DNA of 64,000 nucleotides from Mobula hypostoma (taxonomy: Eukaryota): the NCBI RefSeq assembly GCF_963921235.1, contig NW_026948140.1:558001-622000 (forward strand). Direction: 5' to 3'. Each line of letters opens with the position of its first letter. Position 1 is the stretch's first letter. A program made the position numbers and the translations under genes. The notes below the pieces were generated by a model, which worked only from the letters and a program-made list of their open reading frames with translations, did no database searches and was not told the DNA's origin. Below, one piece after another: positions 61,132 through 64,000 of this stretch.

Positions 61132-61190
61132 TTTCCCGACTGGGAGAGTCACCAGTTTCGCCTGTCTCTTTGGCTTCCTCATGGGGAATT
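61132..61190 (-). ncRNA. Type I hammerhead ribozyme motif of PLE-B
   Basis: Minus strand: uuccc-c-AUGAGGA-A-GCC(aaagagaca)GGC-GAAA-CUGG(ugacucuc)CCAG-UC|gggaa. Stems I, II and III all pair and there is a GUC cleavage triplet. The core deviates from CUGANGA. Confidence 0.75.
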
Positions 61191-61747
61191 CTGTAAAGAC
61201 TGAGGTGGTCTTCCTTTAAAATGTTCCACTCCACTCCCCGCAGCCCCCCCCACCCAAAACCGCCCACCTCCCACCTCTGTATTGTTTAACCAAACATGTT
61301 TGTCCATTCCTGCTGCAGCACCTGGCTGTTGCCGGCCCGCCCTATTTGTTAAGACTCTTAAAGGTAAATTATCCACTAATCGCGCTGCTCCTTTATATTA
61401 TTTGACCCTCCCCATTCTTTTCGCCCCTAATTTTTTATTTCTATTCCTTTAATACCTAGTTAGAGTTGAGATTAAATTGCATCCTATTTCTCCTTTTAGA
61501 ATTACGTTGTTTAATTGTGACTTAAGTGTTCAAACTGTGAATTTACTGTTCTGTGGGTAAAACGTGGCGGAAGCTTGTGCCAAATGTATGTTGGGGTTGG
61601 GGTTTAAACTCAGTAGTCTGTGCCAGTTTTCCTAGCTTCTTCGATTTACTTTGGCTTTTGAGGACCAGGATGATGAGAGACGTGTCACTTCTGGTTAGGA
61701 TGCGAGTATGCGGGCAGTGGGCAAAATATCCCTGTAGTGTTTGTGGA

Positions 61748-62263
61748 CTTGCTCGGTTCTCGTGTGCTGGCTCCCCTTGTCTGTGTGCCCATCCGCACTG
61801 GTGTGGGGTGGGGTGCTGATCCCTCAGAGTCTTGGGTCGGGGAGGCCATGGGGGCGGCGGGCTGGGGCTCCCCTGCTCCTAGGTTGGATTGCGTCTTCTC
61901 CGAGCGGCTCATGGGTGGGGAGGGGCTCACCTGGCGTCTTCTCTGTTCCTGTGGCTGGGGCAGTGGGGACACATCGGCGTCGAGTGGACGGGGCCGGAAC
62001 TCCCACTGCGGGAACTCCCTCTCGTGGACGGTGGCGGAACTCCCACTGCGCGTGTCTGCGCTGGGAGGACTAACTAGCTCCAGCGCCCTCTCGTGGACGG
62101 TGCCGGAACTCCCACTGCGGGAACTCCCTCTCGTGGACGGTGCCGGAACTCCCACTGCACGTGCTGTTCTCAGGACCTGTTGGTCTGAGACAGTCCCGCA
62201 GCACAATTACCGGACTCAAGTTCGTTTTACTCGTCGCCGATGGACGGGGTGCAGCCTGAGCGG
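61748..62263 (-). mobile_element. PLE-B ORF1 linker fragment with internal micro-duplications
   Basis: Matches 59836-60304 and ends at the same AGCGGT point as the 54679-55401 fragment. Confidence 0.9.
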
Positions 62264-62270
62264 TTAGGGG

Positions 62271-64000
62271 TTAGGATGCGAGTATGCGGGCAGTAGGCAA
62301 AATATCCCTCTAGTGTTTGTGGATCTCGTACTGGAGATGCAGTATCACTTTACCCTGCCACTTTGTTTTTTGCCCACGTCATTATCATCTCGGTCCCCAA
62401 CTTTCCTTTACTGGGATCTTCCTCCTCTTCAACCTCCATTCTGGAATTTAAGTTACAATAGTGGAGTTATTGTCTATGGATAGTGTTTTGTATTTTGGGT
62501 CTCCTTTATAGGGACTGTGTGCTGTGATCTGGGGGTTGTGCGGTAGCTAATTGAGGGGTGTTGTGGGGAGGGACATGCCCGGGGGTAGAGTTAGGTAATG
62601 GGGGTTGAGGATTCACGGCGAAGGGAGGTGGGGTGGGGTGGCAATTGGCATTGCGGGGATGGGTGTGTCCCCTGCAGTAGCCGGGAGGGCTGAAATGGGA
62701 GCCTAGCTACTGTTGATATTGGGCGAGTTTGGCCCCTTGATGGGGTAAGGGCTTGGGTTTATGGGGGTGTGTAGCAGGGTTGGAGATATTAGGTTTAGGG
62801 GTAGGGTAATGCACTGTTATATAAGCCCTTTAGTGTGGTGTGGTTTGGGTTCTTTGGGGTGCTGTCCGGTTTAGTTGGGTTGCGCGATCCCTTGGAAATT
62901 AGGGTTATGGTTTAGTTGGGGTGTGTGGTCCTCCGGATGTTAGGATTAGGTTGAGGGGGTTAGGGTTGAGGGGGGCCCGCTGGGCGGCGGGAGGTATAAC
63001 TGGTGATGTGGGGTGAGTTTGCCCCTCTGGCGAGAAGAGGTTTTGTGTTTATGGGGTGTGAAGATGTTAGGTTTCAGGGCAGGGTCATGTGCTGGGGATG
63101 TATTCTTCCACATAGGGGAAGCTGGGAAGTTGGGGCAAGTGCTGTGTCTGGATTAAACCGGTCGTTACGCGTCTGTTCTTCCTAGTGGTTAACTCCTGTA
63201 GCGTTCTAATTTCTAGTTTTACTCCTCTCTACTTGGGGAATTAGGTTCCGTTCTGGGGCCCAGTTGTTAGGCTCTATTTCCAAAGTAAGACGAACCTTTC
63301 CTATTTAATGGTCCCCTGTCTTAATTTGTTTCAGGGTGGGTGACTGAAGGGGATCTTCCCCTTGTTCCCTACTCTAATTTTCTCAATTTTTAAAAAAATT
63401 ACGGGGTGTAGTGTTGGCCCTTCGGTGAGTACATTTTATGTTGCTGGCCTGGTTTTTTAGGCCTCGTTTAGGCCGTTTGGGGAATGCGTCTGTCGTCTTT
63501 CAATCCATCTCCTCTCTGCTCTTTTTCTTTGGAGGTTTGACCAGTTTATGTTGGTTTCCAGGCCCAGGATTGCTAAGGAGTACATTCCATGCTCCAGGAA
63601 GTGCCTACTAACTGGTTTGTTTTGGTTTCCTCCTGTGATATTACTGAGGTGTCCTGTGAGTCTTGTTCTCAGGCTGTTGCCTGTCTCCCCTATGTATATG
63701 ATATGGCATTGTTTACACTGGATTGCATATACTACATTCTTTTGTTCGCAAGTTATCCTCTGCTCTATCTCAGCCCACTTCCCTGTAGCTCTGTTGCGTA
63801 TGCTTTTTGAAATTCTGATGTATATGCACGCCCTGCAGTTTCCCACCTCGCAGTTTGGCACTGTTCGTACTTTGGTACTGCTTGGTATGCCTTTTAAGTA
63901 TCTACGCCTTTTGAAGGCTGAAACTATGGTGTATTGTCCCAGTGTCCCCCCCCTTCCTCCTTTAGATTTTCAAAGTGTGTTTTGACTGTCTTGTGGATAT
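62271..64000 (-). mobile_element. Next tandem PLE-B copy: 3' UTR and GIY-YIG end, runs off the window
   Basis: ORF 63457-63861 (NVVYAIQCKQCHIIYIGETG..NGLNE). The UTR matches 55426-57036 and is preceded by TTAGGGG-TTAGG at 62264-62275. Confidence 0.93.

Larger units (their letters stand above)
55426..61747 (-). mobile_element. Near full-length PLE-B (Neptune-like Penelope element): pLTR/HHR, ORF1-SGNH, RT-GIY-YIG, long C-rich 3' UTR
   Basis: See component ORFs. A ~50-nt direct repeat (ttaggatgcg...gtgtttgtgga) lies at both ends (55426 and 61695). Confidence 0.9.

Noticed and set aside
1..64000. tRNA, rRNA or prokaryotic operon/defence system
   Set aside because: No such sequence was recognised. 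All RT and nuclease domains belong to eukaryotic retroelements.

Overview
Eukaryotic, repeat-dominated vertebrate DNA. The CR1 tails, the Penelope families and the KRAB-less C2H2 gene style suggest a cartilaginous fish (inference). The only host gene is a minus-strand C2H2 zinc-finger gene (7 intact fingers, 6184-6927). It has a probable CpG/NRF1 promoter at ~10.2-10.6 kb and a decayed paralogous exon next to it. The rest is nested retroelements: many CR1 LINE pieces, L1 pieces, Rex1/Babar tails, a deleted chromodomain Gypsy element, solo LTRs, and two Penelope-like (PLE) families, called PLE-A and PLE-B here. The highlight is a nearly full-length PLE-B copy at ~55.4-61.7 kb (minus strand) with a gag-pol-like layout. 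A long ORF1 ending in an SGNH esterase domain stops at U_UUA_AAC-UAG, a correctly phased -1 slippery site that opens into an RT/GIY-YIG ORF with no ATG before its conserved N-terminus. A hammerhead ribozyme (HHR) sits ~150 nt upstream of ORF1, and tandem copies are joined through (TTAGGG)n. Its 3' UTR plus ribozyme is amplified across 13-48 kb as non-coding arrays that break at the predicted ribozyme cleavage site. The CR1 ORF1/ORF2 junction at 21.9 kb carries the same esterase-U_UUA_AAC-stop module. Repeat boundaries were read by eye and are approximate.
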